From contig JAKMXF010000356.1 of the NCBI GenBank assembly GCA_024704765.1, forward strand, positions 94,076 to 158,075: DNA of 64,000 nt, read 5' to 3'. The translations under genes and the position numbers were made by a program. The DNA comes from Oopsacas minuta (taxonomy: Eukaryota > Animalia > Porifera). Below are positions 1-11,108 of this stretch, one piece after another (the stretch's first letter is position 1; every line of letters starts with the position of its first letter). Below the pieces are notes generated by a model. It was not told the origin of the DNA. It did not search any database and saw nothing but the letters and a program-made list of their open reading frames with translations.

Positions 1-1308
1 GTGATTCTCAAGCTCATTAAACACCCTGTGGACACAAACGAGATGAAAGGATTAGTCGAATGGATCCCAGAAGAGGAGCGCACCCCTAGGATGCTTCTTG
101 ATCACAGTGCTAGCCTCATGAAGCTGATTGAGCTAAGAATAATTCACGCGTTTGACTTTAGGATTCTACATAACGTGTTCATGAATAATATAATGGTAAC
201 AAAGACGATTATAGAACCGAACTGGCGTCAAATTATGGAACTAAATGCTAATTATATACGGAACGATTGTCAACTACAGCTGAAACCCCAACGACCCTCA
301 AATATCCGTTTTCATACACCACCTGGCTCATTGGAACCAAGTCCTGTAGAAGTGTACCACAATAACCAACATACTTATCCCCACACCGAGTTGCCAAGGA
401 TAAACACATACTTCAGTCCAGAACAACCAGTAGCTTCGAGAACTAATCCAGGTTTCCAGAATTACCCCCTGTTACATCACTCGGACCCATCGAACTACGA
501 GAACCCCTCCCCTCCTCCTCGCATAGACAGTATCAATGAGGAGGTACTCTATGACATACCGGATATGGACGTGTTAAGTGGTGTGTTCCCCGGGGAGTGC
601 TTGATAATTAATATTGAAAGGTTCCATGAATCCAGTGGGATTAAGGACAGGATCGGATCATGTGTTGATGTGGAAAATATTCGGAAAACTTTCAATGCAC
701 TAAAATATAAAGTAACAGTTAAGAACGATCTCACTTCTGAACAGTTAATCAAGTACTTGAAAGAGAAATCTACAGACGAGTCCTTGTATCGTGTTGGAAT
801 GTTTGTATGTTTCCTAATGAGCCACGGAGAAGAGGGGAGGATCTCAGGATCGGATGGGACTCATATTGAAATAGAAACTATCATAACTAATTTCAAGAAC
901 GATCAATGCTACCCACTACAAGGAAAACCGAAAATATTCTTCGTACAAGCTTGCAGAGGAAATATGGTAGATATACCAAAGCAGGAATACCAACACGATA
1001 GTACACATGGGGCTCAACCGCAGGACGCTGACCTCATGATCTGTCAAGCTACAACCAAAGGGAAGGTAGCGGTTCGGACAGAAGCCGGGTCATGGTATAT
1101 AAAGACATTATGTGACAACATATCTAGAGGATATAGCACACTTGATTTCTTCCAAATACACACGATTGTAAACAGAAAGGTGTCGGAAATGGGAAAGCAT
1201 GCTAGCACCCTACAGGTGTCAAATTCCAGTGGGTCGTTAAGGAAAACCCTAAAATTCTTTCCAAATATTTCCTCTAATAATTTCATGAATAGATTACAAA
1301 ATAAGTAG
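1..1308 (+). CDS. Caspase (peptidase C14) with long, possibly DED-like prodomain; probably 5'-truncated by the window edge
   Basis: Catalytic dyad motifs SHG (820-828) and QACRG (946-960), plus GKPKIFFVQ and GSWYI motifs. Uninterrupted ORF. Confidence 0.93.
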   Translation: MILKLIKHPVDTNEMKGLVEWIPEEERTPRMLLDHSASLMKLIELRIIHAFDFRILHNVFMNNIMVTKTIIEPNWRQIMELNANYIRNDCQLQLKPQRPSNIRFHTPPGSLEPSPVEVYHNNQHTYPHTELPRINTYFSPEQPVASRTNPGFQNYPLLHHSDPSNYENPSPPPRIDSINEEVLYDIPDMDVLSGVFPGECLIINIERFHESSGIKDRIGSCVDVENIRKTFNALKYKVTVKNDLTSEQLIKYLKEKSTDESLYRVGMFVCFLMSHGEEGRISGSDGTHIEIETIITNFKNDQCYPLQGKPKIFFVQACRGNMVDIPKQEYQHDSTHGAQPQDADLMICQATTKGKVAVRTEAGSWYIKTLCDNISRGYSTLDFFQIHTIVNRKVSEMGKHASTLQVSNSSGSLRKTLKFFPNISSNNFMNRLQNK

Positions 1309-1533
1309 AAACAGTTCTTGTTTTGTTTGTATTTTTTGCTCTAATATGTAAATAAATATTTTGTGATTCAAAATGTGCTTCAAAATGGGTTGGATTAGCC
1401 TGAGGGGAGGGTAGGAAGCAGAGGGAGTCTAAGAGAGAATGTATCCCTCAACCAATCAATTCACAGTCTTATATTGGGCAAAACACTCAAAAGTGATTGG
1501 TTGAGACAGTTACCCATAATGTGTCAGAATATA

Positions 1534-1781
1534 CACTCCCTTCTTGAACTTGTGACGCCATGTGGTACAAGTGGCAAATTGCTTAAACTCATTTGCAACT
1601 TTACATACACACATTGAAATAACTTAAAAAGTATATTTGTAACTTTAACTGATCCAATAGTAGTTCTAACTTTATACTCTCTATAATTCAAGAACCATGG
1701 GAAGTGACCCAAGCACTTTACTATGTGCCTCTTGTAGGACAAGTGGCTCAAAAGCTTCCAAGTACTTTTGGCCAGGGAGTG
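1534..1781. mobile_element. Non-autonomous Tc1/mariner-like element, 248 bp
   Basis: TA|CACTCCC ... GGGAGTG|TA. The right end read inward is CACTCCCTGGCCAAAAGTACTTGG, which resembles a Tc1 TIR. Confidence 0.6.
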
Positions 1782-1806
1782 TACAAGAATTAGATATTTG
1801 AAAATA

Positions 1807-1972
1807 CAGTCATTCTCGTCATATCTAACTCAGATATATGGAACTAACCGCTTATATAGAAGTGTAAAATTGTACAAATATGTCCCTAAACTGTCAAAGT
1901 AACACAAATTCCATTGGTTAAATCGAAGTGATTATAACGGTCCCTTGAGCTTCGATATAACAGGAGTTCACT
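1807..1972. mobile_element. pogo/Tigger-like MITE, family A
   Basis: Starts TA|CAGTCATTCTCG. Its core (CCGCTTATA..GTGTAAAATTGTACAAATATG..CAAAGTAAC..CTTGAGCT) recurs at 50746-50900 and inverted at 27232-27364 and 17621-17756. Confidence 0.6.
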
Positions 1973-2657
1973 ATTTTCCTTATTTCCTTTAAATAACTAA
2001 TTGCATATGTGTCAAATATTATTTTTGTAGCATTTACATATTTCCTCAATAGTTATATAATTAGTATTCTAAGATTACTCTAAATGATAGAATTCTATAT
2101 TTTAATAGTATGTGGGTAAAAATAATAAATTCCAGGAATCCATTTTGTTGTTATGTAACATGAGAAGAATACCGAGGGACTATCTTACTAAGATTATACC
2201 TTAAAGTATCCCTCATGAGAATTGTCAAGGTAATTCTGTTATCACTATAATAATACAGCAACTTCTATAATTACGTAATTCAGTAAACAAATATGAACTA
2301 TTAATTCGGGATTGTTTATTGCTTAATCATATTAAGACATCTGGTAGGTGAAGAAATATATTATTAATTCGGTTATTTACAATATTTGACATGTGTCTAC
2401 CTATCAGATTGAAGGATATACCCGTAGCTGATATTCTGTGTGTATTCATTTGCATATGTGAGAGTGTAAATTGATTGGTTTATGAAAGAATACAAATCAT
2501 ATAAATAAATTAAGAAATAATTAATTAATATTATTAAAAGAAATCTAAAATTAGAAATAACTAACAACACATAATAGCTGAATAAAATTATGTAATTTCC
2601 TGATTCTATATTTGATGTATTAAACCGGAAACACAGGGATACTGAAATACCTGGGGT

Positions 2658-2778
2658 GATTATTCATATTTTAGCACCCTTGGGATATATCATATAATCG
2701 CATACATACCATGAATCTATTCACTTACTTCCCTAACGTGCTTCTGTGATGTGTGTCCCAGTTTCCATAGTTTACCTC
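2658..2778. repeat. Dispersed repeat shared with 28536-28644
   Basis: GATTATTCATATT..AGCACC..TAACGTGCTTCTGTGA.GTG..TGTCCCA.TTTCCAT.GTT.ACCTC is present in both copies. Confidence 0.75.
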
Positions 2779-2946
2779 TCCGGACCATGGATAATATAAT
2801 ATCACACGAAAGACTTTATAGCCAAAATACATAACAACAATATTCAACATAAGGTAAACAAATAAAATAAAGGTAAACAAACAACCAGGGATTAAGAATA
2901 CGATAATCTATTGAAGAAGTCTCAGTTCTATTTTTATTCAATTATT

Positions 2947-4542
2947 TTATTTCCTTACCTTCTTTTCAGATTTCTTAACACATTCATTAACGTGCTTCGT
3001 GCGGTCTACTGTGTCTTTCTTGTTATCAAACACCGTAAGACAGATGGGACACTCTACAACCCCTGGGTGGATGGAACAGTTCTTTAAGAAGTCCACGGAG
3101 GCAAAGGTAGGAGTGCTCTTACCGCGGGCAGGTTCTGTAATTATGATACTCTCTGTGTGTGGACCAGGGATGGCCACGTGTTTGGGGCGGGATTTAGGCG
3201 GGTAACTGGGGTGTACAACGGAATTCCTACGCGGGGATTGTGTGCTAGGTGGAGGAGTCTCGAATGATTTAAGGAGATTATTCTCTTTTGAGAGTTTAGT
3301 CATTCTTTCAGAGTTCTTAGCTTGCTCTTGGTTAGTTAGTATCAGCTGACCTTCATAGTCCTTGACAACAGCACTGAGGCTTTGGTATTCCTCCTTCAAA
3401 CTATCATTTTCCATCTTTAGAGTGCAATTTATAGCTTTTTGATCCTCAGCAGATCGGACTAACTTATCGATTTGTTCCTGGACAATCTCCAGATCCTCTC
3501 TCCTAGAGAATAGTTCTTCTGCCATTTCCTCTGGGACCTGCTCGACACGACTGTCTGGAGACAATATCCCTGTCAGTTTAGCTAGCCCTCTGGATAGGAG
3601 GAGGAACCCTTGCTTATGGACATCTTCACAGAATTGTTGTTTGCGTTCTAACGTGTCAACACGAGGTGTTAACTCCTCACATTCCATTCTCCTATCCTCG
3701 TATCTATGCTCAAGATCCTTGATATTGTTTCTGAGTTCCTGTATGGTCTGTGTTAAGAATTCCAGCTGTTCCAGGGTGCGGGAATCCTTATCGTTCTGAT
3801 TCTGTTTCAAATTGAGCGGGAATAAACTGACACCTGGATCTGTTAGATTTAACGAATCAAATTCAGAGAGACAGCTGGAATTCTGTGATACTACGGGAGT
3901 AGGCTTAGTTATTACTTCTGGTATTATCTCTGGTTCTAGAGTTAGTTCCAGTTTGCTTTCTGGCGCTAAAGTTAGTTCTGGTTCCTCTGTTTTTAGTTCC
4001 AGTTCACATTCTTTACTCAGTTCCAGTTTACTCTGAAGTGCTCGTAGTTCTAGTGACAATAATTGCTCTGAGTGTAGTCTCGGTTTAGGTTTAGGTGTTA
4101 CCTCCGGTTCCGGTTCCAATTCAGATGGAAAGTCACTACTGAGGAACACATATGACATACCCATTGTAGCAGATTCCATTGATTCAAGTTTGATTGAGAA
4201 GGTGTCACTTGTACCGATGGGTACTCCTTCCCTATTCAGGTACCGGAGATGGTACCCATGGGGACAAGAATGGTCTAACACGAGGTACCCGTATTTCTCA
4301 CATGGAAACACGACTGTACCTTCAAGCGGGAACTCAGGATTATCGGTAGCGAGGCAAGTGACAAAATCCCAAGTGTTTAGTTCTTGTAGATTAGATGAAT
4401 AGTTGGTAGGACAAAGGACAATTTTATCAAGACGGTGCGGTATGTACCCATCGGGGATCCTAAAGGTACACGCTATATCCTTGTTGTTACCTATCTCAGA
4501 GGGGAGGTCTTGGAATTGTATGATTTGAGTTTGATTATCCAT
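2947..4542 (-). CDS. TAX1BP1/CALCOCO (NDP52)-like selective-autophagy receptor: SKICH-like domain, coiled coil, C-terminal UBZ zinc finger; intronless
   Basis: N-terminal IIQFQDLP..DIACTF..YIPHRLDKI..G.V.F..YHLRYL..G..IG.SDTF pattern, long coiled coil, and C-terminal CPIC..F..HVNEC. Confidence 0.8.
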   Translation of the reverse strand: MDNQTQIIQFQDLPSEIGNNKDIACTFRIPDGYIPHRLDKIVLCPTNYSSNLQELNTWDFVTCLATDNPEFPLEGTVVFPCEKYGYLVLDHSCPHGYHLRYLNREGVPIGTSDTFSIKLESMESATMGMSYVFLSSDFPSELEPEPEVTPKPKPRLHSEQLLSLELRALQSKLELSKECELELKTEEPELTLAPESKLELTLEPEIIPEVITKPTPVVSQNSSCLSEFDSLNLTDPGVSLFPLNLKQNQNDKDSRTLEQLEFLTQTIQELRNNIKDLEHRYEDRRMECEELTPRVDTLERKQQFCEDVHKQGFLLLSRGLAKLTGILSPDSRVEQVPEEMAEELFSRREDLEIVQEQIDKLVRSAEDQKAINCTLKMENDSLKEEYQSLSAVVKDYEGQLILTNQEQAKNSERMTKLSKENNLLKSFETPPPSTQSPRRNSVVHPSYPPKSRPKHVAIPGPHTESIIITEPARGKSTPTFASVDFLKNCSIHPGVVECPICLTVFDNKKDTVDRTKHVNECVKKSEKKVRK

Positions 4543-4835
4543 TATAGCTAACTATACAATGTATAATATTCAGATCATTTTATAGCAATATTTGAGTGCT
4601 AAAAATAGAATTATTAGAATATTGATTTCTAATAATAGCTACGTAGATAGTTAATATGATTAATACTAAAAAGTTCAGATTACTGATATTATCTCAGTTC
4701 AGAGGATGATTGTTGTTATGTCTAATAAACAATAATCATACCTAACAAATTGGATGTAATCTAATCCGAAATCTAATCCTACAATTCACTCAAACTAATA
4801 CCAATAACAACAAATAACTAATAACAACAAACAAA

Positions 4836-7800
4836 TTATTTCCTAGCATTAGCCCACGCTCCAATAGCATCTCCATCTCTCCGTAACCAGTCAGATTGTA
4901 GCTTTATCCTCTCACAACTCTGCTTAATAGTCCTATCTACAGAGGAACAGGGATTGGATTCGAAGAACCCAGTAATGTCCGCTATCTTGTCTGCATCAAA
5001 GAAGCCAGTTGTTGTACACTCTACTAAACCAACCAATAGGAATCCTCCCTTGAATTTATCGTTAATAGCTTTCCAGTTGTGCTTAACGAACTCCCAAGCC
5101 AGCTCCTTACCTAAGTAATTAGATTAGGTGTTAAGTTCCTATTCTCAGTGGTTCCAAACCGGCGTGGACCCCTTGAAGGCCCATGGAGGACAGCAGGGGT
5201 CTACAGGATGTGTTCAAATTGGTATAGGGGCCCAATGAATGGGAGCCGGGGATTAATCATATATTAACACCTTTCTATATATCAAAATATAGGTTACAAC
5301 AGCTAATCATATGGAATTAGATACTGTATATTTTAGTTTACATACCTTTAGCGGTTGCTAGGCAACCAGCTACACATGTATCCATATCCTGAGAACGTAT
5401 ATCATTAGACATAGATAGTTCCAGCACCTGTTTAATTAGTTCTGGTTCCCTTACACTACCAAGACTAGCAATTATCCTAACTTGCTCTTCCTGAAGGTCT
5501 GTTGATTTCAATAGTTTTATTAAAGTTTGTAAAACTTTGGCGCCTTCCATTCTAGCTTGACAACAATAAACAGCTGAGCGTAGATCAGCTGATAGAGTTT
5601 CAGTTCCTATTTAAGATATAAGCATAGTTTAAAATGTGATACAATATGATTAATCAAAGTCTAACCATTCATATGATTCCAGAACTTTTCCTTGGCAATA
5701 GCTAAATATGCTTCATCTTCATAAAGTAACATAGCTCCTATAACGATGGGTCTTAACATGGTGTCAAGAGGATCCTCATTGTCCTTCTGGTTCCATCCTA
5801 TCTTACTAGCTATACCTCTGAATATATCCCTACCGAACCTCTTGTAGCTAAAAGAACAACAAGTAAACAATAACAATAAACAATAAGAGCAACACCTACC
5901 TATCCTGGTGGGGTGTATGAGACATGAGGTTGTGTAGAGCGGATACAGATCCCGCTAATGCCCGCCAAACCGTGTACAGGGTCTCATGAGTCATAGATTG
6001 TACAGTTTCTAATAAATCTGTAGTAGATATGATACCTGCTTTAGCCTAAAAATAGGACAGTACTCTGTAATCTGGTTGGTGGACACATATTATCACCTAT
6101 CTCAGAGGTGTGTGAATATATATGTATAGTTTGTAGCTCTTACCAGTTCCTACTTTACAATACATAATATGGTCAAATACCTGAGCATACAAGTCGTTGT
6201 GAAGGCCTAGCCTATCAGAAGGTGTTAGTTTCAATTGCTTAACATCTGATAGAATATTTGCTAACATATCCCCTGAGTACTGCACCCTATAGAAACCTCT
6301 GTAACCTGGATTGAGGGACAGACACTCATGAGCTGACACCCCTTCCAATCGTATCTCCTTCTCAGCTGATTCTAGGACGAATGAGTGTTTGTTTGGATCT
6401 GTTCCTGTTCCTATGGTTACCGGAACTATCCATTGGAATGTGGGGTCTGGTGAAGAACCGTCCGCATTGAATTTAGACTGTTGGACTGTTAGTACCCTGA
6501 GATGTTAAATAGTAAATAACAACAAAATAAGGTGTGGAATACTCACATTAGAATAATTATACACATAAGCTGGATATCTACACCCCGCGGACGAAAGGAC
6601 GTCGTCCATAACGTCACTCTAATTAGATTAATAACTGACCTAGTAGCCCCATCCATCTTAGAAGACACTTTAATAACAGGGAATCCCATCTGTAGAGTGA
6701 ATGTAGACATAATCTTGGTTATAGGTTTACCACTCGCCTCCTCCAGACTGCACCACAAGTCCTCTGTCTGTGTGTTCTTATATGAGTATTTGGTCAGATA
6801 GGAATGCATACCTTTCTTGAAGGAATCATCTCCAATGAAGTCATGTAACATACGAATTATTGAAGCCCCTTTGGAGTAAGAAATAGAGTCAAATATCTCC
6901 TCTATTTCTGAAGGGTGTCCTACTGCTACCTGTATAGTGAACAAATAAATAAGCAAGTAAACAACAGACAAACATATAAACAAACCAATTAACAAATAAA
7001 CAAACATACAGACAAACTAATAAAGAACTGAACCAGTGGTTCCAAACATATTCACTCGTGGACCCACTATATACATGTTAACACGTTCTGTGGACCCCTG
7101 CTGTCGTCTGTGAGTCCCAGGTTGGGAAGTGCTGAACTAAACAAACAAACAAACAAACAAAATTAACAGAGTTTAATAGTCAGTTCACAAAAATTCTCAA
7201 AAAAGGTGTCATGTATCAAATCCCTAATCATAACCTATACAATAAATCTGCAAAGAATCAGAAATCTTCAAAGTAGAAATATGCAAAATTCCAATCTTAA
7301 TTAATTCTGCGGATAATTAGCGCTCAGTTTTATTCGTTTACCAGCTGACTCTAATTTTTCTGGATCGATTATTGGCGGAAGATTTGTGTCTTTTGTGAAT
7401 TTGTTTTGTTTTGTAAGTTCAAAATATTGTTCCGCTAAGGTGACAATTTGATCTTTGGCTAATATAAGGACATCCACATGGCACAGTCTTTTCTGGTCGA
7501 TCGATAGGATCTCTTTGAGTTGTCCAAATGCTAATTTGTAGTTCCTCTTACGGGATTTTTCCCTATCACGTTTGAGCTGTCTGTCCTCTTCCCACATTTG
7601 AGGGGTCCAGTACTCCCGTGGGAGCATGTCAGATCGCCGTCTGTGCGTGGGTCTCCCAACAACTGACATAGAGGTGTCAGACATTTTCCAGGGATTAATT
7701 CTAGTCATTGATATGATTACTGTTCTGAAGTAGGCGTAAAGATTATAATTATATACTTTAGATATTTCTAAAATTAGAATATTAGAATTCTAACGCCAAA

Positions 7801-9490
7801 TATGCTAGCAAACCAAATTAAATATAGCGCGTATTAGAGGCGGGAATTAAACTTACAAGGATTATAAGTAGCTAGGGGACTAACAGGTATAAACAAACAA
7901 ACAAATTAGTACACAAGTAAACAGATAAACAAACAAACAAGCAAACAAACAAATAAACAAACAAACCTCAACAGGATGAGAATTCATAAGAGCATCCAGT
8001 CTCAGAGCACTATCAAAATCCATATTAACAAATTGTGTCCACATGTCAAATTCTGGAAATAACTTGTCAAGACACCAGAATTCCATCCAAGAAGCAAATC
8101 CCTCATTAAGCCACAAATGTGTCCACCACTCCATCGTAACTAGATTACCAAACCATTGATGTGCCAGTTCATGTGCTACTACCAATGCTACATACTTCTT
8201 CTGGTTGATAGGGGAGTGCTTGGGGTCTAAGAGGAGACAGGTCTCTCTATACGTGACTAACCTGTATATTACATTATTAATATGTGGATTAAGGTAACAC
8301 TTAATGGCGATTATCATAGAGGCAATAAGTGGAACAGGACCTGATGATTAGTTCAAACTACCATCAGACCAATTGAGCCACTGGGATGGTGGGCAATCAG
8401 CTGTCCATTAACACCCTACAAAGCTTACCCCCAATTCTCCATCGCACCAGCAGCGAAATCAGGTATAGCAATAAGATCCATCTTCGGGAGAGGATATTTA
8501 ATAGAGAAATAATCCTTGTAGAAGGGAAGAGCTTTAGTAGCAACATCCAGGGCGAATAGACCCTGCTCCTTCTTGCCCTTTGGGGTGTAGACTCTGATTA
8601 ATATCCCATCGGTGTCTGTAGCCTCAACATAGTCAAACTCACCAACAACAAAAGCCAATAGGTATGTGGACATTATTGGGGTTCTAGCGAATGTAACTAC
8701 TCTGTTATCACCTTGTAATTCATCGCTTGTGATTGGCTAGAATAGGAGGTGAAAATTGTATTAATGGACCGTGGATAGGTCATTTCTGATCTATAATATC
8801 CCTGGTCCAATCCTCACCATATTAGATAGAGCTAGTTTATCACTAGGGACTACTAGAGTAACATCAAATGATGCTTTGAGTGCAGGTTCATCCCAGCAGG
8901 GGAATGCTCGTCTAGCGTCTACTGATTCGAATTGAGTGGCAGCAGCATATCTATCCTCACCTTCAGGTGTTGTGTACTTGGATCTGGAAAGTAAACAATA
9001 ATAAATATTTAAGAAACATAGTTTGTCTGTTTGTTTACCTGTAAAAGCCTTTCATTTGATCATTCAAGACACCTCTAAATGCCAAAGACAGCTTGCCGTC
9101 TCCAGTCAACGCATCATTGAATGTTAACTTAACAATCTCGCTGTCCTTATGGTACTCAACATTTCCCCCTTGTAAATTAGAACCAGGGATGTTAGCTTCA
9201 TACGTGCAGGAATCAATCTCTATCTCACAAGAATTAAGAGTTACTGAATTTACATCTTTTGACACCTTTGTGTCAATAACAACATTTCCCTTGAAGGTGA
9301 AATCTTTCAAATTTGGTTCCAGTTTCAAATTATAGTTCACAGGAAGAATATGTGTGGGGAGACGTTCAAAAGCAGGTTTTGCTGTTGCCATGGTTACCTG
9401 ACGGAATGGTCTATTGGAATGTAGTATGGATAGTGAAGGAAGAAATCTGATTGGTGGAGGGCTAGCTAATGTTAAGCGGCTAATTAGCAT
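4836..9490 (-). CDS. NPEPPS: Puromycin-sensitive aminopeptidase (M1 family), multi-exon
   Basis: AGAMENWG exopeptidase motif, [13 protein letters not shown]...NEGFA zinc motif, ISYSKGAS, and ERAP1-like C-terminal exons. Confidence 0.95.
5146..5235. mobile_element. Partial hAT-like MITE related to 7034-7134
   Basis: Starts CAGTGGTTCCAAAC and shares GACAGCAGGGGTC.ACAG..GTGTT with the 7034 element. No right TIR seen. Confidence 0.4.
7034..7134. mobile_element. hAT (Charlie-like) MITE with 8-bp target-site duplication
   Basis: TIRs CAGTGGTTCCAAAC and CAGCACTTCCCAAC. Flanks AACTGAAC and AACTAAAC match at 7 of 8 positions. Confidence 0.65.
7301..7708 (-). CDS. Divergent bHLH protein nested in the NPEPPS intron 6930-7966, same strand
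   Basis: [26 protein letters not shown][22 protein letters not shown] fits basic-helix1-loop-helix2. Single-exon 135-aa ORF. Confidence 0.7.
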   Translation of the reverse strand: MTRINPWKMSDTSMSVVGRPTHRRRSDMLPREYWTPQMWEEDRQLKRDREKSRKRNYKLAFGQLKEILSIDQKRLCHVDVLILAKDQIVTLAEQYFELTKQNKFTKDTNLPPIIDPEKLESAGKRIKLSANYPQN

Positions 9491-9947
9491 ACACTAATTG
9501 AATTAGAAATATGTAAATATAGAATTTACATATTACCACAAAATTTCTTTGTAGAATTCGATAGGACAACAACAACAACAACAACAATAGTTATATAGAT
9601 ACATCCATCAATGGATAATCAATAAACCTAAAATGAGAAGTTTGCTAGGAAAATTGCAATAGTTTAGTAGACAATCAAAGTTAAGTCAACTTTAGACACG
9701 ACTTAAGAGTTTGTTAATATTTGGGTAAGTTTAAGCAAGTAATTAGTCTTTGCTAAAGTTAAACAAATCTTAAGTTAAGTTGTTTAGTGAATGAGGCGCC
9801 AGTAGTTTATAGGATCACAGTAGGATTGCGTTACAGAGGCATTGAGTAGAGTATAAGTAAATATCACTAAAGTATGCTGTATACCCTCACAGATTGTTAT
9901 ATGTATATTGCTTATAATCAAATAAGTAAATATTAAACGGATAAATA

Positions 9948-11108
9948 ATGGCGAATAAACTCGAGGAAAAGAGTGACAAGGTTCCGGTTATAGAGAAGAT
10001 AGGGGAGGAGATAGGGGAGGAGATAGGGGAGAAGATAGGGGAGGAGATAGGGGAGGAGATAGGGGAGGAGATAGAGGAGGAGATAGGGGAGGAGATAGGG
10101 GAGAAGATAGGGGACGAGATAGTGGAGGAGATAGTGGAGGAGATAGAGGAGAAGATAGGGGAGAAGATAGGGGAGAAGATAGTGGAGGAGATAGTGGAGG
10201 AGATAGGGGAGAAGATAGGGGAGGAGATAGGGGAGAAGATAGTGGAAAAGATAGAGGAGAAGATAGGGGAAGAGAGAGAGGAGGAATTAGAGAAACAGAT
10301 TATAGAAAATGCGTTCCAAAAAGGTGTTCAATTGGATAAAGAGTCGCAGAAATACTTAGCGGATAAGCTTAAAGAATACTACAGTACACCGCCACATCCC
10401 TTATACGGCTCCCAGCAAATTACAGCATTTGCTGTTGGAGCATTGGCTGCACAATTCGGATTAAATATCGACCAAGACCTGTTGGCTGACTTATTGACTG
10501 ATGTAGGGACCACTGTAATACAACTGGCTATTAGAAGGTTCTTACGACCTCAACAATACGCAGTGTTTCCAGCTACATTAGGGCCACGGATTAACCAAAA
10601 TCAAAACCAAAATCTGCTGAGTCCTGACCTCACCATGAAGCATATGGTCTCACAAAGCATTAGACCTCTGGAATACACCCTGTACATATGTGCTAGTAGG
10701 ATTACTACAGGCGTTAAATTACTATACCACTGTACGGTTGATGGGGAGGATTACATAACTAGTCCTTATTTCGTGGAAGATAAGAATGTGGGTGAAATAG
10801 TACCCTGTGCTGATCCAATAAACATAACTGAAGACCTGAAAAGACCTAATCCTATACCTGCAATCAGGAGGGCGCTTAGGAGTTTAGAATCAAGCAATTC
10901 AGGAATGGATGATGGGTTCTATTTTGATGACTTTTCTTGGAAGAGAGTCGGTTCTGTGGGAAACTTTTCGCTCCAGAGTCCCAGACGAAGTTCAAGCAGT
11001 TCTCAGTTCCTTTATTGGATGGATGAAGCGGGTGAAGCTAGAAACCCTGAGGTGTCCTTTACCGAGAATAGATCTAGAGAGCTTCAGTTAGAAATAACAG
11101 AATCATAA
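9948..11108 (+). CDS. Unrecognised intronless protein, family member 1, with N-terminal (E/K)EIG repeat
   Basis: 386-aa ORF, near-identical to 14333-15286 outside the N-terminus and homologous to 12456-13214. Confidence 0.8.
   Translation: MANKLEEKSDKVPVIEKIGEEIGEEIGEKIGEEIGEEIGEEIEEEIGEEIGEKIGDEIVEEIVEEIEEKIGEKIGEKIVEEIVEEIGEKIGEEIGEKIVEKIEEKIGEEREEELEKQIIENAFQKGVQLDKESQKYLADKLKEYYSTPPHPLYGSQQITAFAVGALAAQFGLNIDQDLLADLLTDVGTTVIQLAIRRFLRPQQYAVFPATLGPRINQNQNQNLLSPDLTMKHMVSQSIRPLEYTLYICASRITTGVKLLYHCTVDGEDYITSPYFVEDKNVGEIVPCADPINITEDLKRPNPIPAIRRALRSLESSNSGMDDGFYFDDFSWKRVGSVGNFSLQSPRRSSSSSQFLYWMDEAGEARNPEVSFTENRSRELQLEITES
9990..10272 (+). repeat. Coding 12-bp minisatellite (GAGGAGATAGGG consensus), about 23 units
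   Basis: Directly visible tandem units with variants AAG/GAG and GGG/GTG/GAG. Confidence 0.95.

Noticed and set aside
1447-1506. 12-bp inverted repeat CTCAACCAATCA / TGATTGGTTGAG
   Set aside because: Short, built on the common CCAATCA motif, with no TSD or other support.
9990-10272. Regular repeats as a possible CRISPR array
   Set aside because: Contiguous 12-bp units with no spacers, in frame within an ORF, in a eukaryotic context.
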